A stretch of DNA of 64,000 nucleotides, taken from NCBI GenBank assembly GCA_965217185.1, contig OZ244252.1, positions 1,056,001-1,120,000 of the forward strand, written 5' to 3'. Source of the stretch: an uncultured Candidatus Entotheonella sp. (GTDB lineage Bacteria > Tectomicrobia > Entotheonellia > Entotheonellales > Entotheonellaceae). Position numbers and translations under genes: made by a program. A model generated the notes under the pieces. That model did not search any database, was not told the DNA's origin, and saw only the letters and a program-made list of their open reading frames with translations. This document shows, one piece after another, positions 30,188 through 38,561 of the stretch. Position 1 is the first letter of the stretch. Each line of letters starts with the position of its first letter.

Positions 30188-32875
30188 TCACATCGAGATG
30201 CCCAGCAAACCCCGCGACACCTGAAAATCGGTGTTTCCCTGGTCGTACAGCTTCGGCACGTAGCTGCGCGAGGCGACCGACAGCACCAAGGGCAGAATAG
30301 TCTCGGTCCACGGCGTATCACCGTCGAGCATCAGGTCCATATCCGCCGACCACGCCGTTTCCGTGCCACTGGCCATCTGTAGCAGCGGAATCATGGGATG
30401 CGCCTGCAGCGGCGGACCGGACACGTGCGCCAGCATGATTTCCACGCCCGTGGCGCCGAGGCCGGTCAGCGTTTCCACCCAATGATGCGTGGGAGTCTCC
30501 ATGACGTGCAGGCCGGGCGTGGCGGTCTGCCCATAAGCCAACGACGCCTCGACCTGCGAGCTCGATTGCAGACTGTGGAGAAACGCCGCTGAGGACAACA
30601 GGAAAGCGTTGCTCGGCAGCACCACCGTGCCGCCGGCACCGACGATGGCGGTGGTCAGGTGAGCCAGTTGCTCGGCCGCGACGTCGGGCATCGCACCGCT
30701 GTCCAACAATCCCAGGCGCAGCGCGCCAACACCGGCATCGGCCCATTCGGGGTCGGATAGCTCGCCCAGCACCTCCCCGAACCATGCCTCGACCTTCTCA
30801 CTCACCTGATCAATGCCGCCGTCCATTTGCACGCTGGCCCAGCCGAACCGTTGCCGGTCCACGCCATGGCGAGCGAGCTGATTGGCCATATAGTCGTTGT
30901 GCGTCTTTTCGCAGCCGTGCTCCAGCAGCAGGCCGAAACGCACCAGCGGGTGCGTCAGATAGCCCAGTGTGGTGCGCGCGTACATGGCCTCCGAGGAGCC
31001 GCTGGATACGCCGCAGCCCTCGGTGTGCGGCAGCGCTACAAAGCGCGACACCCCGCGGTTGCCGGTGAAGGTGGCGTTCAGCTTGTTGGCGATCAAGCGG
31101 GCGATCTGGCTGGAGCACAGGCTGGTGGGCAGCAACAGGCCGATCTGATCCGTGGCGACGCCGTCGGCAGTCCGCACGGCTTGGAAGGTCTGTGTCGGCG
31201 TTGCCGCCGAACCGGCGACCGACAACGCCGCGCCGCTGGGCAGTGGAGCCTGTTGCAGACCTTCGAGATTGCTGTCATCTGTCTGCCGCCAGTCGCGCCA
31301 CAGCGACACCTGCGCGTGCCCTGCCCTTTCGCCCTTGGTGCGGGCACCGGACGCCGCCGCCACGGTGAGATCGAACATGTTCTTGCCCAGTTCGTCCATC
31401 GGCGTGCCGTCCTGATACGCCCCGGCGTTCACGTCCATGTCCCGCTCCAGCATCTCGAAACGCTGGCTGGTGGTGACCACCTTGAGGGTTGGCACGAAGG
31501 GGAAATTGGTGATGGAGCCGTTGCCCGTAATAAAGAAGATCATGTTGGCGCCTGCGGCCACCTGTCCGGCGATGCTCTCCAGATCGTTGCCGGGGCTGTT
31601 CATGAAGTAATAGCCGGGCTGCAGCATGCGCTCGCCGTAGTCGATGACGTAATCCAGGCGCACCGCGGGGTGGCGCTTCATGGCGGCGCCGAGGGATTTG
31701 AGGACGATGTTGTACAGGCCGCGAAACATGTTGCCGCCGGTCGGATTGCCCTCGGCGGTATGGCCGTGCCAGGCTACCCGTTCTTTGAATTCGGCAATGG
31801 TGGCCAGGAACTTCCGCGCCGTCTGGAGGTCGCGAACGTTCTGGAGCACGTACGCCTCGGCGCCGATCAGTTCATCGGTTTCCGCCAGGCTGGCGGCGCC
31901 GCCGTGGCGGATAATCTCGCGCGCCACCCAGGCGGACAGCGGATTGCCCGAGATGCCCGAAAAGGCGTCTGAACCGCCGCACTGCAGGGCCACGTTGATG
32001 TGCGCCAGGGACTGCTCGGTGCGGGGCGTGGCGTCTACCTGTGGCAGCCAGCGGCGGATCAGCTCTTCACCGCACGCCAAGTCGGCCTGAAACTGGCCTT
32101 CGAGGCTGAGAAAGTGGTGCGGCACTTGCGCCAAGGGATAGTCGTGCGCCGCCATGTAGTCGTGGACTCGATCATTGGTGACCGTTTCAGTGCCGTAGTC
32201 CACCGCCAGCACGGCGCCGACGTTTGGGTGCACCATAAACCCGCTCAGGGTGCGCAGGACGAAGTCGAGGTTGTTGGGCCGCTCGCTGCCGCCGCCCTCG
32301 GTATGCGCCACGGCGACGATGCCGTCTACGTTCGCGTAGTCGCCCGCCAGACCACGCAAACGATCCTCCAAAGCGCGGGCGTAACCGGCGGTGCGCGATG
32401 AGGTGCCGAGGATGACGATGTAATTCCGGGTGCCAGTGCCTCGCCCCTCGCCGCGCGCGTAGCCCATGAAGGTCCCCGGCTCATCGTAGTGCGCCACCTG
32501 CTCACCGGGCTGGAATCGGGCCTCGTCCAGCAGGTACGGGGTGATCTTGTCCGTGAAATTGGCCTCGGCCGGCAGCTCGAAATCGACGTTGCGACCGCGC
32601 AGGGCCTCGAGGATTCTGGCGTTGCAGACGTACGTTCCGGGCGCGATGTTGCGGCTGGCGTAACCGAATGGCAGCCCCCACGACAGCAGCGCCGCGCCGG
32701 TCTTGATGGGTTGCCGGGTGAAGCGATGGCCGACCAGCAGGGTGTGATCCAGCCGGAACCGCTCATTGCCGCTGACCACCTCTGTGCCCGCCTCCAACCG
32801 CCGCGAGGCGATGGCGACGTTGTCGCCGGGGGTCGGCAATCGCGCCACGTCGTGAAAGTCGTACACGTGTGCCAT
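30188..32875 (-). CDS. UxaA/GarD/SuyB family lyase with SAF domain and duplicated catalytic module
   Basis: DNVAIA SAF domain; HTEGGG..HPNVGA, QCGGSDAFSG and ENPTGGN-like motifs; second HTEGCG..GCEK module. Confidence 0.85.
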   Translation of the reverse strand: MAHVYDFHDVARLPTPGDNVAIASRRLEAGTEVVSGNERFRLDHTLLVGHRFTRQPIKTGAALLSWGLPFGYASRNIAPGTYVCNARILEALRGRNVDFELPAEANFTDKITPYLLDEARFQPGEQVAHYDEPGTFMGYARGEGRGTGTRNYIVILGTSSRTAGYARALEDRLRGLAGDYANVDGIVAVAHTEGGGSERPNNLDFVLRTLSGFMVHPNVGAVLAVDYGTETVTNDRVHDYMAAHDYPLAQVPHHFLSLEGQFQADLACGEELIRRWLPQVDATPRTEQSLAHINVALQCGGSDAFSGISGNPLSAWVAREIIRHGGAASLAETDELIGAEAYVLQNVRDLQTARKFLATIAEFKERVAWHGHTAEGNPTGGNMFRGLYNIVLKSLGAAMKRHPAVRLDYVIDYGERMLQPGYYFMNSPGNDLESIAGQVAAGANMIFFITGNGSITNFPFVPTLKVVTTSQRFEMLERDMDVNAGAYQDGTPMDELGKNMFDLTVAAASGARTKGERAGHAQVSLWRDWRQTDDSNLEGLQQAPLPSGAALSVAGSAATPTQTFQAVRTADGVATDQIGLLLPTSLCSSQIARLIANKLNATFTGNRGVSRFVALPHTEGCGVSSGSSEAMYARTTLGYLTHPLVRFGLLLEHGCEKTHNDYMANQLARHGVDRQRFGWASVQMDGGIDQVSEKVEAWFGEVLGELSDPEWADAGVGALRLGLLDSGAMPDVAAEQLAHLTTAIVGAGGTVVLPSNAFLLSSAAFLHSLQSSSQVEASLAYGQTATPGLHVMETPTHHWVETLTGLGATGVEIMLAHVSGPPLQAHPMIPLLQMASGTETAWSADMDLMLDGDTPWTETILPLVLSVASRSYVPKLYDQGNTDFQVSRGLLGISM

Positions 32876-32886
32876 GGGGTGCATCC

Positions 32887-33969
32887 TCAGTTCAGGTCGG
32901 AGAGTTGGGTCATGACGTCGCGGGCCAGCAAGGTCATCGACCGCTGCCAGCGCTCCTTGGGCTGCCACTCGTGGGCCATGGCCAGCAGCACGCCGAAGCC
33001 GCCCACGTCGTGATGCAGTCGCCGCAGCTTGTCGGCCACCTCGTCGGGGCTGCCGACGACCCAGATGTTGTCGACGAGGTACTCCGGAGTCACCTCGCTG
33101 TCGGCCATGTTGGGATCGGTCTTCATCAGGCCGAGCATGTTCATGCTGGACAGCAGCGGTTTGAAGTACTGCTGAAAATCGCGACTCAGCACGCCCTCCA
33201 GGGCCTCGCGGCGCGCCTCGGCGCTGCTCTCGGCCACGTACACCTCGCGGGCGATGCGCCAGGCGTGCCGGTCCGGCGTCCGACCGGTGTTGGCGGCGCC
33301 CTCCTGTACGGCTTCCCAGTGGGTGCGCAAGGTGCCGGTGGGCACGAGGTTGATGCTGAGGGGAATCCAGCCGCGCTCGCCGGCCAAAATGAGCGTGTCC
33401 GACTTGGGCGACACACCGGCGACGCCGATCGGCGGGTGCGGTTTCTGGTACGGCTTGAGGTGCAGGCGAAGGCCGATTTCGTCCACCGGTTCGGGGATGG
33501 TAAAACGCCAGTAGGGGTGCTCGTACAGCCCCGGTTTCGGGTCGTCCCAGAGTTGCAACACCAGGTCGATGGCGTCGCGCGTCATGCTGCGGTGGGCGCC
33601 GGTTGCGGGGTCGAAGCCAAACACCTCGAAGTCACCGGGAAAGCCGCCGGACCCGACGCCCCAGTGGAAGCGGCCGCGTGCCTGATGGTCGAGTTGGGCA
33701 ATTCGCTGCGCCAGCATGAAAGGGTTGTGGTTGGGCATGCACGACACGCCGGTGCCGAGGACAATGTTTTGGGTCTTCGCCAAGGCCATGGCGATAAACA
33801 GATCGGGGGCCGGGATGTTTTCCCACACGGTGGTGAAATGCTCACCGATCCAGGCCTCCTTGTAGCCGAGCTCGTCGAGCATGACGATCTGCTCCAAGTC
33901 GTCTTGGAGGGTGCGGGTCAGGTCGGCGCCGGGAGGATGCAGGGGCATTGCGAAGTATCCGACTTCCAT
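32887..33969 (-). CDS. Luciferase-like flavin-dependent monooxygenase
   Basis: AWIGEHF, AQRIAQLDH, KPYQKPHPPI. Confidence 0.93.
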   Translation of the reverse strand: MEVGYFAMPLHPPGADLTRTLQDDLEQIVMLDELGYKEAWIGEHFTTVWENIPAPDLFIAMALAKTQNIVLGTGVSCMPNHNPFMLAQRIAQLDHQARGRFHWGVGSGGFPGDFEVFGFDPATGAHRSMTRDAIDLVLQLWDDPKPGLYEHPYWRFTIPEPVDEIGLRLHLKPYQKPHPPIGVAGVSPKSDTLILAGERGWIPLSINLVPTGTLRTHWEAVQEGAANTGRTPDRHAWRIAREVYVAESSAEARREALEGVLSRDFQQYFKPLLSSMNMLGLMKTDPNMADSEVTPEYLVDNIWVVGSPDEVADKLRRLHHDVGGFGVLLAMAHEWQPKERWQRSMTLLARDVMTQLSDLN

Positions 33970-34131
33970 GGCGGCCTCCTTGATTGAATGGGTGGAATCG
34001 TCAACAACCTAGTGGGATTGAGGCACCATGTCAATGCAGTATAATGGCCGCCGCGAATCGGGCTGGGAGCGCGCCGCGGCGTGCCGAACAAAGCCCATGA
34101 CGACTTCCAAACAAGCGGTTAGGGGTTCAGA

Positions 34132-35541
34132 ATGGCACAGCCGGGTACGGCCACAGCGCCGTTGCGCGTGGCGATTGTCGGGGCGGGTCCGAGCGGCTTC
34201 TACGTCGCCGAGCACCTGTTGAATCAAGAGGACCTGGTCGTCGAGGTCGACATGCTGGAACGGCTGCCGACGCCGTATGGTCTGGTGCGCGGCGGCGTGG
34301 CGCCGGACCATCAGAAGATCAAGGCGGTGTCGGCAACCTACGACAAGATCGCCGCCAACCCGCGGTTTCGCTTTTATGGCCACGTCGAATACGGCACCCA
34401 CCTGAGCCTCGACGACCTGCGCGGGCTCTACCATCAGATTGTTTTCACCACCGGCGCGCCTACCGACAACCGCATGGACATTCCCGGCGAGGATTTGATC
34501 GGCAGCTACCCCGCCACTGTCTTCGTCGCCTGGTACAACGGCCATCCGGATTACCGCGACCTGCAGTTCGATTTTTCGTGCGAGCGCGTCGCCATTGTCG
34601 GCGTCGGCAACGTCGCCGTTGACGTAGCTCGCATTCTGTGCCGAACCTCCGAAGAACTCGCCAAGACCGACATCGCCGATTACGCCATGGCGGCGCTGCG
34701 TGAGAGCCGAATCAAGGAGGTCACCATGCTCGGGCGGCGCGGCCCGGCGCAGGCGGCTTTCACCAACCCCGAGTTGCGGGAGCTGGGTCAACTGCCCGGC
34801 GCTGATCTGATCGTGCTCCCCGAAGAAACGGCTCTGGACGACCTGAGTCAGGCGGCTGTGGACAGCGGTTCGGATCGTGCCGCGGGCCGGAAGGTGGCGA
34901 TGCTGCAGGAATTCGCGGCACGGCAGCCCGAGGGCAAGGCGAGGCGCCTGACGATCCGCTTCCTGGTATCGCCGACGGCCTTGCTGGGAAGCACCGACGG
35001 TCGGCTGGCCGCCATGCGGCTGGTGAAGAACGAACTCTACGCCACCGACTCCGGCACCCTGCGGCCGCGCGCCACCGAGCAGGTTGAGGAACTGCCGGTC
35101 GATATGGTCTTTCGCTCGGTCGGCTATCGCGGCGTGCCGCTGCCGGACGTGCCGTTCGACGACCGCCGCGGCGTCATCGCCAACGCGGAAGGCCGTGTGC
35201 TGTGCACCGACGGCGAGGGACCGTTGACCGGCATTTATGCGGCCGGCTGGATCAAGCGCGGCCCCACCGGCGTTATCGGCACGAACAAGCCCGACGCCCT
35301 GCAAACGGTCAAGTGCATGGTGGCCGATCTGGCCGACGGCAAGGTGCTGCAACCGTCCGGCGCTACGGTCGAGGCCGCCGCCAAGCTGGTGCGGGAGCGG
35401 CAGCCGGAGTTCTTCTCCTACGCCGACTGGCTGCATCTCAACAAGGTGGAAGTGTCCAAGGGGAAGGAAATCGGGGCGCCTCGTGTCAAGTTCACACGTA
35501 TCGACGAGATGCTGGAGGCGCGGCGGGAGGCAGCCATCTGA
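34132..35541 (+). CDS. Ferredoxin-NADP+ reductase (FprA/adrenodoxin reductase-like)
   Basis: GAGPSG, PYGLVRGGVAPDH, GVGNVAVD, GWIKRGPTGVIGTN. Confidence 0.93.
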   Translation: MAQPGTATAPLRVAIVGAGPSGFYVAEHLLNQEDLVVEVDMLERLPTPYGLVRGGVAPDHQKIKAVSATYDKIAANPRFRFYGHVEYGTHLSLDDLRGLYHQIVFTTGAPTDNRMDIPGEDLIGSYPATVFVAWYNGHPDYRDLQFDFSCERVAIVGVGNVAVDVARILCRTSEELAKTDIADYAMAALRESRIKEVTMLGRRGPAQAAFTNPELRELGQLPGADLIVLPEETALDDLSQAAVDSGSDRAAGRKVAMLQEFAARQPEGKARRLTIRFLVSPTALLGSTDGRLAAMRLVKNELYATDSGTLRPRATEQVEELPVDMVFRSVGYRGVPLPDVPFDDRRGVIANAEGRVLCTDGEGPLTGIYAAGWIKRGPTGVIGTNKPDALQTVKCMVADLADGKVLQPSGATVEAAAKLVRERQPEFFSYADWLHLNKVEVSKGKEIGAPRVKFTRIDEMLEARREAAI

Positions 35542-35606
35542 TTCCAGGGAACTTCCAGGTGGTGAGGGGTGGGAGTATGTGCGGCTTGGTGCTCAATGCA
35601 ACGGGC

Positions 35607-37409
35607 TCATCGAAAGATCTCCATTGCCACTGGCCCAAAGTTGTCGCTTGCTCCCCGATGGCTTGCATCTGACGTTAAAAAGCCGCTGCGCCGTGCAGCG
35701 GGCTGAAATTGGACACTGAGCTTGACACCGGCGGTGAATACGTCGTCACCGTGGGCAGGACTGAAGACCTCGGCTCCGGCAGTGAACACAGCGTGCGAAC
35801 TCGGTTGGTGTACGAGATGGACGGCCAGCGTCCGGTTCCAGCTGCTCTCATCCATGCGCACGTTGCCGAACACCGTTTTGGCCTCACCGCCGGCGAATTT
35901 ATCAAGGTTCAGGGCTGCGTCAACCCGCATGCCTCTCGAGAGGTCGAATGATCGGCGGGCCGTGAACCCGATCGCCGTGCCTTCTGCCGACTCGATGAGC
36001 CCGTTCTCTCTTCCTTGGGCTATCTGGCGGGAGACGCGGAAGAACAAGTCACGGTGTCCAATGTTGGCCTCGTAACCGAGTGTCCGGTCATAGTCGTACC
36101 TCTCGTCAAGCCCGAAGAAATCATTGCGGATGCCCAAGCCGGCAGATGCAAACAGATTGCTCGCTTCGTGCTCGTATACGCCGCCCGCATACAGATCGCC
36201 GTTGGGTTGCGACAGACGGAACGAAAGCCCCTCCCCCACTCCGGCAACGACAGGGGTGCCATGCTCGTGAAACCCCGTCAACACGCCGGGCGTGGTTCTT
36301 CCGAATGCTCCCGTCAGCACGGTTCCGAACGTAACGGCCTCGGCGTTTGAGGAAATGGCGAAATCGGAGGTAATCGCCGCATTTCCCGGCAGGGTTACGT
36401 GGTTCAACTGCAAGGGGGCAACGGCGTCATTGAACTCCCCGTTGTTGTTCACCAGTCGCCATTCGCCGCTGGCGCCCAGAGTTGTCAAGCGCGTGAAATC
36501 CACCACGCCCAGGCCGTTGGGAAGGGTGGAAACCTGACGCACCGACGTTTTCAACATCCTGGCGAGATTCTGGTGTGTTGTATTCGGAAATACGGCCAGC
36601 ACCGATGCCAGAGCGCCGGCAACCCGCGGGGAGCCGAAGCTGGTACCGGAGCCAACGCCGGGCGTTACAAACGGCACCCAGACACAGGCGCTGGAAACCG
36701 TATCGCAGCCGGACGAATGAGGATGGCGAACGATGTCGCCCCTGCCGTCCACAGTGTATCCAGCGACGTAGACGACCTTGCCGGCGTCCACGGCGTGCTT
36801 GATGCCGTTATAGAGCGGATCATCGGGACGGACGTGAAACGCGTCCGTTTTTTCATTTCCGGCGCTGTGGACGACAAGGAAATCGAGCGCATCGCCGTAT
36901 TGCCCCGCCAGGCCATGACCATCGGGAAGGATGGACAAAGACACAAGTCGGATTCCCGCATTGTCGATCTCCCGCTTGAACCAGGCATTCGTGCGCCGAT
37001 GCTGAGGAACGAAAGCCAATCCCGCATCAGCGTAATCAATCTCCTCCTCCTCGTAGTCGCCGCTCCGGTTATAGTTCTGGAAGTACGTAAACGGACGCGA
37101 TGCCGTCTCTTCCGGGTCCTCACATTCCACGATATACGACCAGCACGAGGTTCGCCGGATCAGCCGTCCATGCTCGCGGGACCCGTTGACCGAACTGTAG
37201 TGATCGGTCGCAGCCCACAGGCCGCGCATCTGTTTGTTGGTTTGCGAGATTCGGGCCAGTGGAATGTTGTCGATACCCGGCAGGGTCAATCGTCCGCGGC
37301 GTGGTGTTGGCGACAGTATCTGTGACAACTCATCAGAAACGCCTCCGTCGCAGCCGCTCAGTAGGAAAAGGGATGGAATGAGGAGCATCATAACCAGGAA
37401 TGTGCGCAT
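35607..37409 (-). CDS. Lipoprotein S8 subtilase with beta-rich C-terminal domain
   Basis: Lipobox LLSGC from ATG 37409; EHG, SAGN and GTSFGSP motifs. Confidence 0.75.
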   Translation of the reverse strand: MRTFLVMMLLIPSLFLLSGCDGGVSDELSQILSPTPRRGRLTLPGIDNIPLARISQTNKQMRGLWAATDHYSSVNGSREHGRLIRRTSCWSYIVECEDPEETASRPFTYFQNYNRSGDYEEEEIDYADAGLAFVPQHRRTNAWFKREIDNAGIRLVSLSILPDGHGLAGQYGDALDFLVVHSAGNEKTDAFHVRPDDPLYNGIKHAVDAGKVVYVAGYTVDGRGDIVRHPHSSGCDTVSSACVWVPFVTPGVGSGTSFGSPRVAGALASVLAVFPNTTHQNLARMLKTSVRQVSTLPNGLGVVDFTRLTTLGASGEWRLVNNNGEFNDAVAPLQLNHVTLPGNAAITSDFAISSNAEAVTFGTVLTGAFGRTTPGVLTGFHEHGTPVVAGVGEGLSFRLSQPNGDLYAGGVYEHEASNLFASAGLGIRNDFFGLDERYDYDRTLGYEANIGHRDLFFRVSRQIAQGRENGLIESAEGTAIGFTARRSFDLSRGMRVDAALNLDKFAGGEAKTVFGNVRMDESSWNRTLAVHLVHQPSSHAVFTAGAEVFSPAHGDDVFTAGVKLSVQFQPAARRSGFLTSDASHRGASDNFGPVAMEIFR

Positions 37410-37666
37410 CTTGTTGTCCCCTTGGCCCCCCGGCAGGCGATTGAATGCATGTCTCGTTTCCGGGGTCCACCACAACAGGGGAAACGCGCGGGTATACCCT
37501 TTCAATCTATTGCACGATTTGATCGAGGAAAAAGGTCTGGCGGGTTGGCCTGCCCAGGGCTTAACATGGCTTTGTATACCGGTGCTACGCAAGGGACATC
37601 CTGAGGCCTTGCGGCCGGCCTTGAAGGCACTGTCCCATAGTCCCTTTTCTGCGGAGGTACAAAACC

Positions 37667-38014
37667 ATGGTGTCGATAGCATTAACTCTTTTGACTGTCG
37701 TTATGTTTGTTCTGAATGCGGGATCAGTTTGGGCGGACCCGCCTACTGACGCTCCAAGTCCGACAGACCTGCAAAGTGAGACTCAATGTAGATCTGCTGA
37801 ATTGGCGGATGAGGAAATGGACTGGGAAAAGCCCGTCACCGTGGCAACCGTCAAGGTTTATTGCCAGTTTCGTATCTTCTGTCCGGCAGAGCACCGATGC
37901 TGCAATGCCGGCCCCACATTTTGGTGCTGCCCGCTAACGGCTACATGCGATCCCAACATGGATGCCGATGATTGGACGGGATGCCACGGGGCGCAAGGCG
38001 TGAATCCACTATAG
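37667..38014 (+). CDS. Small secreted Cys-rich (granulin-like spacing) protein
   Basis: GGAGG RBS; signal peptide ending VWA; C-x5-C-x5-CC-x7-CCP-x4-C-x11-C. Confidence 0.75.
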   Translation: MVSIALTLLTVVMFVLNAGSVWADPPTDAPSPTDLQSETQCRSAELADEEMDWEKPVTVATVKVYCQFRIFCPAEHRCCNAGPTFWCCPLTATCDPNMDADDWTGCHGAQGVNPL

Positions 38015-38103
38015 AGAGCGGCAGTTGGAGTCGGTTGTGACGTAAGGTGAAGAGCCAAGCTCACCACATTGCCTGGGTCGATTCCGGTTCAATCAACTGC
38101 CTG

Positions 38104-38210
38104 CTAAACAGGCGATCGCCACGCGGTGCGAAAGCCGCCAGCATTGTAGGTGATGTTGGGTTGATAGGCCCTGAGGTGTTTGTGCCAAGCCGACAGGTTA
38201 TGGGCGTTGA
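38104..38210 (-). repeat. Displaced duplicate of the 3' end of the ABC SBP gene (46118-46236)
   Basis: Encodes AHNLSAWHKHLRAYQPNI-TYNAGGFRTAWRSPV* with mostly synonymous changes and a 12-bp deletion. Confidence 0.92.
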
Positions 38211-38216
38211 AACAGG

Positions 38217-38561
38217 CTACCTCTCCAAAGAGATCATCGGAGCCAAGGCGGTTCTTACACATTCACATACCCCCTGCCAATCACGGTCGGACAGATGGCC
38301 GACAATCATATGATGGATAGCGGTGGGCAGCGTAGCGAAAAAGCAGCGAAAAACCGAGGAAACCCTCAAGCCAGCCTGCAACCAATCCTGCAATACATAA
38401 TCCATGGAACCAAGCGCCGTGGTCCGACTCGTAATCAGGCCGACGACCACGTCAGGGCGGGAGGCATGGTAAAGCGAGGAAGAGACGACCACCGCCGGTC
38501 GGCGTTTGACACCCATCACACCAGGGAAGTCAAGTACCACCACGTCACCCGGATCAAACAA
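38217..38561 (-). CDS. PemK/MazF family toxin
   Basis: PGDVVVLDFP..KRRPAVVVS..GLITS..AGL. Confidence 0.88.
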   Translation of the reverse strand: MFDPGDVVVLDFPGVMGVKRRPAVVVSSSLYHASRPDVVVGLITSRTTALGSMDYVLQDWLQAGLRVSSVFRCFFATLPTAIHHMIVGHLSDRDWQGVCECVRTALAPMISLER

